Of a DNA stretch of 64,000 bases, positions 13,501 to 25,400 are shown piece after piece; position 1 is the first letter of the stretch, and every line of letters begins with the position of its first letter. The notes below the pieces were generated by a model. That model was not told where the DNA came from. It saw only the letters and a list, made by a program, of their open reading frames with translations, and made no database searches. The stretch is from Saccostrea echinata (lineage: Eukaryota). The position numbers and the translations under genes are program-made. Location: contig NW_026889758.1 in the NCBI RefSeq assembly GCF_033153115.1, positions 44,516,001-44,580,000 on the forward strand, given 5' to 3'.

Positions 13501-16500
13501 GTACAAGAGAATAAATAGAATAATAACCAGAGTTCGTGAAAATTATGTCTCACTTATAAATATCAAATGGCCATCTCGCGAAAATAAAGTGTCATGAAAA
13601 TTTGGTGAACTACAGTACTTCATATTATGATGAACTTGGGAATGACCTTCCTCCAAAAATCAGACAAGTATATCCTGAAGCAAGCAGTGTTCGAAATTAG
13701 CATCAGCCCGTCGGCCCTGCATCGACGTACAAATGGAAGGACTCACGAATAGTATGATTAAATGGGTCCTTGAAATAATTTTGGGCAGACGATGATTTGC
13801 CGGGAAACAAGTTAACGTCAATCACATCTTCCCGGACCTTTCTGTCGAGCTTGGAAAAATACATCGTTGTTTTTCTTTTTTGTTGGAAAGGCTAAGAAGT
13901 TGCGATTGAAGTTAACGTATATAGGTTTATGAATTTACATTAACTTTCATATCTTTCCTGCATTTTAATTGGATATATTAAACAAATTAACTGATGAGCA
14001 TCTTTAAAAGAAATTGGACTTAAGTTGGATAAAACTTGTTATTTTTATCAAGATCATATAAATTCTTCTTTTCATGTACATTTTAAATAAATCCTGAAGA
14101 TTTAATTTTTTTCCTGCATGGATATAAATTTATGCTATATGTATGCATGGCAATCTAAGAAACCTGTGTAATTTTCTACCCGCTGATTTTAAAAACAGAA
14201 ATTGTAATTCTGAGGAAAAGTACCTTTACAGTAATATAAACACATATATATGACCAAGTAAGACTTGTGATGATTAATGTTTTACCGTTTCATATTGTTA
14301 ATACTTGCAAGTTGTAGATCCTTTATTAATTGACATACTAGTATTTCATATGAACCGTTAAACTTACCGAGATCATCAATACGTAAAAGTTTATTTTTCC
14401 CAAATATTTGATGGTACATGTCTTATTTTTGGGCCTACGCTGCCCTGGAAGGGCTCGTGTAGTCCCTTTATCTGTGGGTCCTTTGGACCCATAGAAAATA
14501 ATTCTGAATTTCGAACACTGGAAGCAAGTCTGGTAGTGTGCATCCCTACATGCATCATCCATGCAAATTTGGTCACCACAGCTAGGTTTGAAGTTACTTG
14601 GGAATAGGACTACTTCAAAAACGTTAACCTGATAATTCATAAAGGTCAAACTCAGCTAGATCAACAAGAGGTCCAAGGGCCTTGAATTGATCTTCTGATA
14701 AACTGTACAACCTATCACTTCTATTTGAAGCCTTTAAGTATCCTGTATATTTAGATAAAGCCTTGAAATTCCAAATGTATGTCATCATGACCTACATTTT
14801 AGACGAAACACTCCGAGAACCCAAGATGATTCTAAGCCAATTAGTATCTAAGAGTAGGTCATGGTGACCTACTTATCACATGTCATTCTCTGAGGACCCA
14901 AGATGCTTCAACTAAGTAAGTTTGACGACTCTAAGCCAATTAATACCTAAAATATTCAATTATAACCATAAAATTTCAGAAGTAGGTCACAGTGACCTAC
15001 TTTTCAGATGACATACTTTGAGGACCTAATATGCATCAACTGACAAAGTTTGACGATTCTAAGCCAATTAGTACCTGATATATTTGAATATAGCCATAAA
15101 ATTTCAAAAATAGGTCATAGTGACTTCCTTTTCAGTCGACTAACTCTGCAGACCCAAGATGCATCAAGTGACAAATTTTGGTGATTCTAAGCCAATTAGT
15201 ACCTAAAATTATTTAAATAAAGCAATAAAATTTCAAAAGTAGGTCATGGTGACCTACATTTCAGTCAACTTACTCCGAGGACCCAAGATGCATCAACTGA
15301 CAAAGTTTGATGATTCTAAGCCAATTAGTACTCGAAATATTTAATTATAGTCATATAAATTGAAAAAGTTGGTCACAGTGACCTACTTTTCAGTCGACCT
15401 ACTCCGAGGACCCATGATACATCAACTGACAAATTTTCACGATTCTTAGCCAAATAGAACCCGAAAATATTAAATATAGTCATAAAATTTCAAAAGTAGG
15501 TGACGGTGACCAACTTTTAGTTGACATTTTTTGAGGACCCAAGATGCATCAACTTTAAGTTTTATGATCATAGGCCTTAAAATGTCCAAATTATGCCTCT
15601 AAAATGTTTTGCAATTGAATGCCTGCACAGTTCAAAAAGGTCACTGTGACCTACTTTTTAATAAATATGTTTTATGGCCCCAAGATGCATTATCTTACAA
15701 GATTTAATGATTTTAAGCTTCTCAGTATTAGAATTAATGACCTTAATTGTTTTGAACAAGATTAGCCATAAAATTAAAAAAGTAGGTCAAGGTGACCTAC
15801 TTTTTAGTTGACATACTTTGAGGACCCAAGATACATCAACTGACAAAGTTTGATGATCATAGGCCTTAAATTGTTCAAAATATGCCCCTAAATCATTTTG
15901 AAAAAGAATGGCCGCAAAATTTAAAAAGTAGGTCACCGTGACCTACTTTTGAGTCAACAAGATATGAGGTCCTTAGATGCATCAACTGACAAGATTTGAT
16001 GATCCTAGTCCTTATAGTAAGAAAATTATGAACATTTTAATAAAATGTAATTTTTGGTCAACTTTGAAGTGACCTTGAGACCACGCCCTTTGCCCCAAGA
16101 TGATGCCTTGAACAATTTTTAATCTACAACACATCCTCATCCTTTTGTGTAAGTTTGTTGATAATCTGCCCAGTGGTTCTTGAGAAGATATTTTAGCAAC
16201 CAGTACTTTTGGTTTTATTTACCTAATTATCTCCCCTTGTTTAAGGGTCACAACCCTAGTTTTAGTATTAACAGGAGCCCTTGGGCCAAGGATACCCTGT
16301 GAAAATTTGACAATAATTGGCCAAGGGTTTCTCAAGTTATGGCCCATATTCTCAAAAGTTTACGCACACTCCACAAATGGCCATAGCATTAGCTCTTTGA
16401 GCCTTTGGCTAAGAAGAGCTAAAAATCTGAAGCAACATCCTGAGAAGCATTCATCCATGCAAGTTTCGTCCAGGCAGGGCTTATATTTATTTGTGAATTG

Positions 16501-18027
16501 ACTTACTTAATACATTAAGAGCCAATTTGGGTGGTGAGGCTTAGCTGATGCTGGGGGTACAGCAAAAGCTTATTAAAATATAGTTACATTTATCTCTACT
16601 TCATTGGCAGAGGTGATTTCAGAAGTAAAAATAAGTAAAACTGAAACTGAAAGTACAACCGCTGCATGATAATACTTTCCTGATATAAAACTTCCTTAGT
16701 TTAGTGCACAGTTAAAATTTTATCATTAAATTAAGTAAGTAAGTAATTAGCCCTTTCACAATAACTGTGGTACTACTCTTTTGCAGGGCAAATTCATAAT
16801 TAACGTTTGGTAAAGTTTCTGATGACAGATAATAATTAAAATGAGGTATTTTAAACAATTGCTTTACGTCACATTTCATTAAAATATATCATTTTGCCCT
16901 GCAAAAGAGCAACACCGTAGTTGTTGTGAAACAGTCTATTATTATTACAAAGCCAAGTAATAGAGAGAGCAGCAAGCAGCGCAAAGCCCCGCTCATCACT
17001 GCGAGCTCTTAAAGCAACACCTGGGCAAAGAGAAAATTCAGACTTTGCACATTGATCCAAATGAATTTTTTTCTGCAGTAACTCTGGACCCACAATGCAA
17101 TGCTTGTTTTTCTCGCTGCTAACTTTGTTCTCCCGGTAACGATTTCACATCTAAAAATTCACCCCCCCAAAAAAAAAAATCACCTTAATTTAATGGATAT
17201 TGTATACAGATAGTAGATTAAACATTCTTTGTTAAATTTTGCACTAGGCCTATAAATCAAACTTCGTTTAATGCAGCTAACATACAACGTCATGTGACAT
17301 CACAGTCTAGACGTTCCAAACGTTCCAAATGTCTTGTGCGGTTTGAAGAGGCCGATCTTAAAACTAAGTGAACAACTGCGCTCGCCCCAACGGTCGCACC
17401 ATCAACATATTATCTAAATTTTAATGTTTCCAGGCAAGGGCACATTCATGATGACTGGGTATAATCATAAGAGAACTTTAATCGGATATTGTGGATGGAC
17501 GATTCCACCAGTGAATTTAGCTAATATGCAATCAGACTTAAATTCACACAAATAAATTTGTGTCTGGTGGCTAGAACAGACCCAAATACATCGAAATATA
17601 TTTGAGCAAAAATCACCCCTACATAACTCAGCGTGATTTAAGGGAAGTTGCAAACCACGTGAGTTCGAGACATTATTATTTTTTTAATTCGCGCTTCTTA
17701 AAGACAGTTTGATATTCAAAATGTCTCACAACTTAAATGAACTTTTTATAACATTTGCTTACACGTTACAGATCAATGCATCAACAGTAATATTTCATTT
17801 TGCAAACCTCCGCTGTCATTTGTTTTCATCCCAATAGTTCCACCAGTATAGATAACTAACACCCTCGAAGTTGGTTCTGGTTCAGAGGAATCTATCAGAG
17901 ATTTTGCCAGTAACGGGTGCTTTTGCGAAACATGTTTCTTGTTGACTCCGTCAGTGTCTGCCATAACGGATCTTCTGTTTAGCATAGAATCAACAACCTT
18001 CCACGCCTCTTTTACGGAAGAGCTCAT
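449..18027 (-). CDS. ASPG: L-asparaginase / 60 kDa lysophospholipase (ASPG-like), 5' partial; coding exons 17808-18027, 12482-12599, 5058-5166, 1351-1476, 449-532; continues beyond left edge
   Basis: Spliced translation gives type I asparaginase motifs in order: [48 protein letters not shown]. All junctions are GT-AG with compatible phases (1,2,0,0). Start codon uncertain (ATG 18027, 17985 or 17964). Confidence 0.93.
1351..1476 (-). CDS. ASPG: ASPG exon 4 ([20 protein letters not shown]…LTGSQ)
   Basis: HGTDT catalytic motif; tttttcag / gtatat boundaries. Confidence 0.95.
1670..2365. repeat. Degenerate older part of the same 38-bp minisatellite
   Basis: Recurrent tatgtctgaggcaatgct / gtgact fragments at roughly 38-bp spacing. 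Confidence 0.8.
2378..3166. mobile_element. Non-autonomous TIR element, Academ-like (TAG…CTA)
   Basis: TIR TAGCTGCAATAATRTAGCCCTCTCCGATTTTT extending patchily to ~90 bp; imperfect 9-bp flanks ATAGTAAAT/ACTGTAAAT. Confidence 0.8.
3386..5075. repeat. 38-bp minisatellite, ~44 copies (TGTCTGAGGCAATGCTGYCTAAGTGTGACTCACAGATA)
   Basis: Direct reading; overlaps the 3' end of ASPG exon 3. Confidence 0.97.
5058..5166 (-). CDS. ASPG: ASPG exon 3 (…[28 protein letters not shown])
   Basis: tatgtag acceptor, gtgagt donor, LLDSSNM motif. Confidence 0.92.
6285..6837. mobile_element. hAT-type MITE
   Basis: TIR TAGGGCTGTCACGGTT/AACCATGACAGCCTTA, 8-bp TSD TACCAGAT, sub-terminal TTCGG repeats. Confidence 0.88.
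8308..8633 (-). mobile_element. Miniature LTR retrotransposon (TRIM) with tRNA-like sequence inside the LTRs
   Basis: Two TGT…ACA repeats (8308-8405, 8515-8633), polypurine tract AAGGAGGGAGGAA, 4-bp TSD CATG, A/B-box-like TAGCACAATTGG and GGTTTGATTCC. Confidence 0.8.
8894..9703. mobile_element. Helentron-associated non-autonomous element (HINE-like) with ~165-bp central tandem repeats
   Basis: GAGGCCCATGGGCC palindrome, GCTCACCTGAG subTIRs, GGAC/AGAC microsatellite, GCTCACTTGAGC…GCTCAGGTGAGCT hairpin end. Confidence 0.85.
10197..10290. mobile_element. 94-bp hairpin MITE with 9-bp TSD
   Basis: 27-bp perfect TIR CAATCTAATTAAAATTAGATGTTAGAT; TSD AGAAATATG. Confidence 0.88.
12482..12599 (-). 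CDS. ASPG: ASPG exon 2 ([21 protein letters not shown]…)
   Basis: ttcttccag acceptor, gtatgt donor, LRTLPMFHD motif. Confidence 0.9.
13406..13617. mobile_element. Tc1/mariner-like MITE
   Basis: TACTGTAGATCAC…GTGAACTACAGTA termini, TA flanks. Confidence 0.65.
13685..14520. mobile_element. hAT-type non-autonomous element
   Basis: TIR CAGTGTTCGAAATT, 8-bp TSD GAAGCAAG. Confidence 0.88.
14663..16425. mobile_element. HINE-like element with ~128-145-bp central tandem array (~9-10 units)
   Basis: AACAAGAGGTCCAAGGGCCTT start, repeated GGTCA…GTGACCTAC units, GCTCTTTGAGC…AAGAGCTAAAA end. Confidence 0.82.
16754..16930. mobile_element. Small MITE with ~41-bp TIRs
   Basis: TTTCACAATAACTGTGGTACTACTCTTTTGCAGGGCAAAAT and its imperfect reverse complement. 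Confidence 0.7.
17808..18027 (-). CDS. ASPG: ASPG exon 1 (…[20 protein letters not shown])
   Basis: Catalytic TGGT motif; donor G|GTTTGC at 17807; start position uncertain. Confidence 0.85.
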
Positions 18028-18375
18028 AAAAATGATGCAATGTTGCCGCGGCAATTTCAAATCAATACCAATTCTTGGTTGGAGCATAAATAGTGTATTA
18101 GAAACATGCAATAAATACTTAAACTTGGTTAAAATGAACTGGTAGTTTTCTTTTGACAGATGTTACTCTTTAACATGTTTTTTTTTTTTTTACTAAAGTC
18201 GAGGTTAAACTTATAGGTTAAGGTCAAACACTATCACTATTGACTATCTTGAGTTAGTTTTGTGTGAAGTTTGAAGATAAGAATGTGAACATGTTACCGA
18301 AAAGACAAAACAGCATTGTTGGCGAACATTGAGGAACGGACTGAATTTTGACAATTACAATATGAAAAAAATAAA

Positions 18376-18630
18376 GGACTCCCAGGTTTGACTACCTGTC
18401 CAGTGTCCAGTCATTTTTTAATTTTCTCTCTTCCTGTTACATTTGGTGCAGGTGAGAGCTCCTCTATGAAACAAAAGATTCTGGTTATTATATGTGTGTC
18501 TTCAAGGTGAAGACAATTTAAGGAGGGAGGAGTGTAGTGGTTAAGACTATAATGACTATGGATATTGGCCTAGATAGCTCAGAGGTTAGAGCACCACATT
18601 AGTAATGCTGGGGTCCTGGGTTTGATTTCA
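18376..18630 (+). mobile_element. Truncated copy of the tRNA-LTR TRIM family
   Basis: CCTGTTACA-TTTGGTG (LTR end plus PBS-like), GAAGACAATTTAAGGGAGGGAGGAG-TGTAG (PPT plus LTR), TAGCTCAGAGG…GGTTTGATTTC. Confidence 0.7.
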
Positions 18631-19125
18631 TCAAATCTTAAGATTTTCCAAAGAATTTAAAAAAATTAAAACTTGACTCTATGTTGTTGCCCCATCCAAG
18701 CCCAAGGTTTTAAATTATTTTTTCAACTTAAATTCACACTATAAAGAGATGCTGAATGTCAGACCAACTTTAAAATAATGTTTATTTGCCCTCTCCCGAG
18801 TCAGGATGAAAAAAATACCGGTCAGAAGGTAGGTGAGAATTTTTTTTTCCCCAGAAAATTTCAATTTCAATGCTGAATTTTCAAAATCTTTTTTCCAGAA
18901 TGCATAAAAAAAATAATTGCTTCCTGGGTGTTAAAAAAATTCTGAGTCGGTTAATTTTTAACCAGTTGGACGGGAGAGGACAACCAAGCTATTTTTTAAA
19001 GATTGCCTCAGTATGATCAACTTACATGCTTGCTGAGGCTGGTATGGAAAAGATTTTTCCTATACACATGTAAAATTTGATCCATAATTGATTCTAAATT
19101 TAGACAGCCATACATTCACAACATA

Positions 19126-19300
19126 CAGTCAAACCTCATTATCAGGAAAGCGATGGGACCAAGAAAAAACTTTGATATATCCAAGGATTCCAGATATTAG
19201 GGGTAAAATACTTCAAGATTAAGTGGTTGGGACTTCCAGATCACTTCGACATATCCATGGTATTCGAGATATGAGAGTTCCAGATATCGAAGTTCAACTG
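19126..19300. mobile_element. Tc1/mariner-like MITE
   Basis: TA-CAGTCAAAC…GTTCAACTG-TA, internal GATAT repeats; related fragment at ~49915-50073. Confidence 0.65.
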
Positions 19301-22300
19301 TATTACATGTATTTTTTCTACAATGTTGGATCTCAGCCAATCAGTGAGCTTGGAATAATTCAATCATAGGCTATAATAAAATCCAGCAGTGAATGGTATA
19401 CTATGTAGTATACTATAGTTGTTATACTATACTATGTACTATACAGTGGACAGACACCTTACTATTGCATAAGCTCTTCTGGTGTTTGACCAAGTAGAGC
19501 TAAAAATGCCCACATTACAAGTTATAACTTCTGTGCTTTCCTTTCCTAGTGTGTGAGACATCACTTCTCTAAGAAGTGTTTGGATAATAATCCGGCGATA
19601 GGCTTGCCTAATGTTTTTCCTGCTCAGATACACAGATGGCTCCGGCTGTTGCAACCAAAATATAATTAAAATCAGACTTCTTACATCCCGGGAGTATACA
19701 CTCTGCATAAGAAGTGTATCCGACATGGATCTAAGAAGAAATTGTTGCAACCATGTTTATATCATGAGGTGTCATTTGTAACGTCATTATCGCCAATGCA
19801 GAAATTTAAATTTGAAGGAAGAAAAATCGACATTAACTAATCAGATCATTTTGATACACAATTTCATGACAAGTATTCTTGTTCATCCAACATCATTTAG
19901 TCTGGCTAAACTATTGTTTGTTTAGTGTGGATAACCAAACTTCAGTGATTCAGTGTCACTTTAATTTTACAAATTTCTTCTACTCTGTGTAATGTGTGAG
20001 ATATTCATGAAGTTAAAAAGTTCAAAAATAGTACATGTAATGAACATTCAGTTTATTGTTATAAGAACATCTTGAGTCACAAAAAAGCCAGAGAGATGAC
20101 AAATTTACAGACATTAAGCTTTAACAAGGTAAAACAATTTACATAAGGTGTACAGATGTATTCCATAGACAGCACATTTCAAGTGAAAACAATGTATCCA
20201 AGGCCAATGTTGACTTAATGAAGAGTTGTGATAAAGTTGTTTTCAAGAATATATCTTCATATACCATTTATCAAAATACAAGTGTTATTTTTTCACATAG
20301 GTAAATTTTCTGATCTTTCCACAAAGGAACTGCATTTTGAAGAAATGTAGAAACTTCTCATGTACATCCTCTTTCATTGACTCTTAGAAATCAGTGGTAT
20401 ATAATGAAAGGGCGAATAATACCTGTACAGAACTACTTCACAATCATGATATATATACAGCGAGATCAATATATCTTACACATCCCATTTGCTATTTTAA
20501 GTACATTTTACATATCAAATAATTAACATCTCCTTTTTATTTTTCTTTTTTTACAAGTTCACAGATCTCTGTGTCTATCAATACATGTATTTACAAAATG
20601 AACATTGTTTTCTTATTTTTGTTCTTATTAATACACTTGTAAAACTGTTTTACATGAATATTTCTTGGTTTTGCTCCACAAAAAATAATTAAATTTACCT
20701 TTATCAATTCTATTTCATACAGTTAACAACATTGAAAATATGTATATAGTGATCCAAACACATTATATTTTCAAGTATTATTTTTTTCCCTTACTAATGG
20801 AAAACTGGGGAGAAAACATGTTTGTACTAAAGTCAAATTATCCTTTGACAAACAAGATTGACCTTTCATTGTCTACTAGATAACATACACCACCATAACA
20901 TTCTGGGATCATCAAAAACATGACCCAGGAAATAAGACTAGAATATACACATTACTATATATTCAGTACAAGTTGTTTACATACATACAGTGTCAGTGTT
21001 TATAAATTGTTCAGAAAGATTTTCTGCAAAAGTAGTGTTTTATTTCAGTTAAGAGAGTTTCAAAAGGGAAAATTTAAAATTTTTCCTTTTAATTCTCATC
21101 TTTTATTAATAAATGAAACGAAAACTTCAATACATATAATAACCACAGTTTATGCACTATTCCAAATCCCTGTACCTATCATCAGTATCTTGCTAGTGAC
21201 TAGCAAGTGCAAGGTTTAATTAATATTGAATTTAAAATGGTCACAACAACTGATCTACCTATAGTATAATAATAAAATCAGTATTACTTACGTACAATAA
21301 ATAACGCTTCATTATAAGACTCACAGTCAATACAAAGCTACGACATTACATATTATATGGAATACTCTTATATATGTCTAAGCAAAGGCTGCAAAGAATA
21401 GCACTGAAGTGTAAAAATAAACATGGGATCTTCTTAAAACCAATCAGGTCATTTTTAATTTGGTATCAAAATATTATGCACAGTCTGTCATGCCTGCTCC
21501 AAATGATGAAATTATTTCAGGTCTGTACATTGGTGTAAAACTTAATACCTTGTTTTCATATATATATGTATACTCGTTATCAAGTGTGGTTATTTGAGAT
21601 CAGGAGTCCTATTAATAATGCAAAACTAAGGATTATTTTGGGACTTAGGGTTGTCTTTTCAATGATCATACATGAAAAGAAGAAAACTTTTTAAATGATA
21701 TCTGCAGTAAAAAGATAATTGTAAACACTATCGGATTTTGAGTTATGGGACAAGCTTGGTTTGAGACACTTTGTTTTCGATTTTACTCGGCATCTGTATA
21801 ATACATGAATTTGAATCAAACTTGTTATAAGGCTTAAATCATGGCACATATGTGTATCCATAACAACGACTTACAATGGTGTAACCATACTTTATGATAT
21901 CAACACACAAAAATAACCCCACTTCTCTGGAAATGGAAGCCATCAAGAGAAACATCTGCATTTAGGAAAACAAATAATAGACATAAATCAAACAATTTTA
22001 CCCCTACAACCAGGCAACAAAAGTATAACAAATAACATTATACATTTGAATTCTGAGTAACTTTTAAATGGCATATGAAGGAATTCATATATACAATTGA
22101 AATAGCAAAATCTAGGTGGGGAAAATGAGGGTTTATGGACTTCTAATCTCATTCACACTTCAAAGTATACTTAAACTTCCCCTAAACACACTTTAATCTA
22201 ATAACTAATACTATAAATGTATAACTTGCTTTAATAACAAAACTGTATGCGGCCAGCCTGATATAGTCAGTATAATACAAATAGTATACAAGTCTCTGTT

Positions 22301-22377
22301 GACAACACACATCTATATTAAACTACAGTCCACAAAAAGCCTTATTTATAAATATCTAATCAGTTTTAGAAGACAAT

Positions 22378-22426
22378 CTATTGCTTCTTCTCCTTTTTCT
22401 TCAAAAATGGAACTTTGTCCTGAACT
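22378..22426 (-). CDS. Reticulon last coding exon
   Basis: [15 protein letters not shown]; a long AT-rich 3'UTR probably runs to an AATAAA near 20052-20057. Confidence 0.9.
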
Positions 22427-25400
22427 CTGTTGAGAAAATAAAATATTCAGATATTCAATATGCATAATACAATTGTTTTTTAAAACAAGACCAATCTTAA
22501 ATCAAGCTTTTCTATACAAAAATTGTGCATTGTGCCATTGGAATTGAAATATCTTCAATTTAATATGTAAAGACATGTTTTGCATGTTTAATGCATTTAA
22601 AAATAAATACATGTAAAAGTTTATATTCACTTACTGTTTCCAGAGGTTGTCTTTTTGTGTGCGAGCAAGATCAATGTAATGATCAATCTGGACCTAAAAT
22701 CACAGAAAAATACTTATTTTCAAAAGTATTCACCTGAAAATCGTCAGAGTAAGCATACTTTGCTCTATATTTTAGTCTACAAATAACATTTGGCTGTGTA
22801 ATCTATTTAGCGCCTTTGGCTTAGAGTAACTTCAGCTTAATCAAGTACATCACTTTACTGTAGATACAGATAATAAGATATGCATTTGGAAATACCCTAA
22901 ATTATATCTACACTTATGCCCTGTTCACACGGAGAGTTTAATTTGAATTAAACGTAAGTTACTGCAAATTAAATTTGATATCTGCGTTCACTCGGAGAAT
23001 TTAATTCGAATTACTTTAATTCAAATTAGTGTACTGCGCATTAAACTACTTTGCATTAGCACAGTGTGAACGCTAAGCGAAGCTAATTTGAATTAAATTT
23101 TGACACATGTGTAAGGGCAGAATTAAGTCACAGGCCACATGTTGATGGTCAAATATAGGTACTTGTGCTATTTTTGAGTGGTAAACAAAGGAAAATTATG
23201 TTAATCACTAAAATGTCTACAGACACTATGACATTATGTCAAATCAGTGGTCAAATGTTTACTGCTCTGCACAATATGACATGATTTGTAAATGACGTCA
23301 TAATAGCCTCACTGAATAGCCTTGTTGTAAAAATAAAACTATAATTCGCATTAGTTTACTTCGCATTAGCTGTCGTGTGAAGGCAATTCAATTCGCATCA
23401 TTTTACTTCGCATTAATGTACTGCGAATTAAACTCTCCGTGTGAACAGGGCATTAGTTGCTAAATATTAATTTCTGCCAAATATTGAACATGCTTAATAA
23501 AAAACATTTACAGTATGCTTATAATGAATTCACACTTATAGAGAATTGATTTTCATTTTTGATTGTCTTTTTTCAGATACAAAAGGTCCAAAGGCCACAG
23601 TGCTTAGTGTTCACCTGAGTCAAACTTCCCATTCTGACAAATAAATTCAAATATAAATATCATCTCCAAATCAAAGTGCATGATTTCAACAAATTGCAGT
23701 ATATTTTATTTTAAGCTTGATGTCAACTTTACAACTTGTAACATACTCAGTCTGGTAGATATCTATATATTTCTGTGTATAACTTCCCCCCAATTATGGC
23801 CTCAACCTAGTCTTTAACTCTCTGAACAAACACACAAGGAAACTTCATGTAAATATGACTAAATGTGTCCTTTGTTCTCATGAGATGAAGATTTTCAAAT
23901 ATTTTTTCTTATATATTCCTATGTAGAATGATGAATGTACTTAATACATGTACTTCAAGGCCATGAACAAACATGCATATATACATGCAGAGCTCGTAAG
24001 AGGGGGTCCAGGGACTGCTTAGGTTCCTGGACGCTGATTTTTCCCATTTTGTTTACTTTAAAACGATTTAGATTGCAAGTTAGCTTAAAAACGGACAATG
24101 ACAATACTAGGGCTGTATCAATATATCGATATGTATCGATATTTAAGAATGTATCATAGCGAAAAAATAACTTCCAATATGTATCGGACAGGCAGATTTT
24201 CTTATAACTCTGTGAAAATTTTAGGAATTTCAATCACCAAAGGTTATATTTTCACTGTTATGAATTAAAATTGATCAATAATGATATAATCATTAAAGAG
24301 ATAGCACATCTAAGATAAATATTACAAAATACATACTAGGCAACTTTATTTTTAATATGTTGATTTCACAGTCATTTAAAGTTTGAATTTCAAGTGTAAT
24401 TTGTAATGACAGTGAAACAAGAACTTTGAAATGAGTTATAAAACAATTAGTTTTTATAAAATTCATGCATTAAATGATTTATGAGACTTTTTGTTAGACT
24501 TGTTAAAGAATCCAAAATATCGGATATCGCTTTGTAAAATATTGTATCGTATCGAAATTTTTTGCTCAATACACAGCCCTAGACAATACAAGCATGGGAA
24601 AGGACTGTGACTTTCTCAAAAATTTTCATAGTGAAAACTGAAGGTTGACAGCTTTGAAAATTCCAGTATTTCAAAATTTTGAAGGAAAAAAAAAAGGAAA
24701 TAAAAAGCAGAAACAGAGAAATTGTAACGTATTTTTTAGATGCTCAAACCATAAGTCTTATGCCTAAATCATAAGGGTTGGCAGCTCTGCATATGAATAT
24801 GCTTTACCTATGATCTGACTATAATCATGAGCCTGATTTTGTTTAAAAGGTTTTTTTCTTGACTTTTGTCCTAACCTTTCCCCTCATGCCATGACTTTAG
24901 AAAAAAAAAACACTATTGCAACATGCAATTATTTTGATTGGCCCTGCTGTTCTTTTTTAACAGTTGTATCCAGGGCTCCAGGGGCCATGATTTGAACAAA
25001 CCTGATCTTTATATATTAATATGAATACAATGTAATTTTGCCCAGCAATTAAGAATAGTTTTCTAAGATTTTTTTCCTGAGGATCCTTGCATATCAATAT
25101 GACTGATTACAGTTATGCTGTTCTTGAGAAGATTTTTTTTATGATTTTTCCTATTTATTCTCATGTAAAACTTTGACCCTTTTATGACCCTACCCTACAT
25201 TCGAGAACCATAATTTAAACAAATTTGAATCTACACCCAATATAAACACTTTCACATAACTTGTTTTCTGGCCTAATGATTTTTGAGAATTAAGTTACCC
25301 CACCCAAATTTTCTCTATTTTTCAAATTATCCTCCTTGGCAAGTGGCATGGCTCTTCATTTGAACAAACTTAATTCCTATCAACCACTGATACTTTGTGG

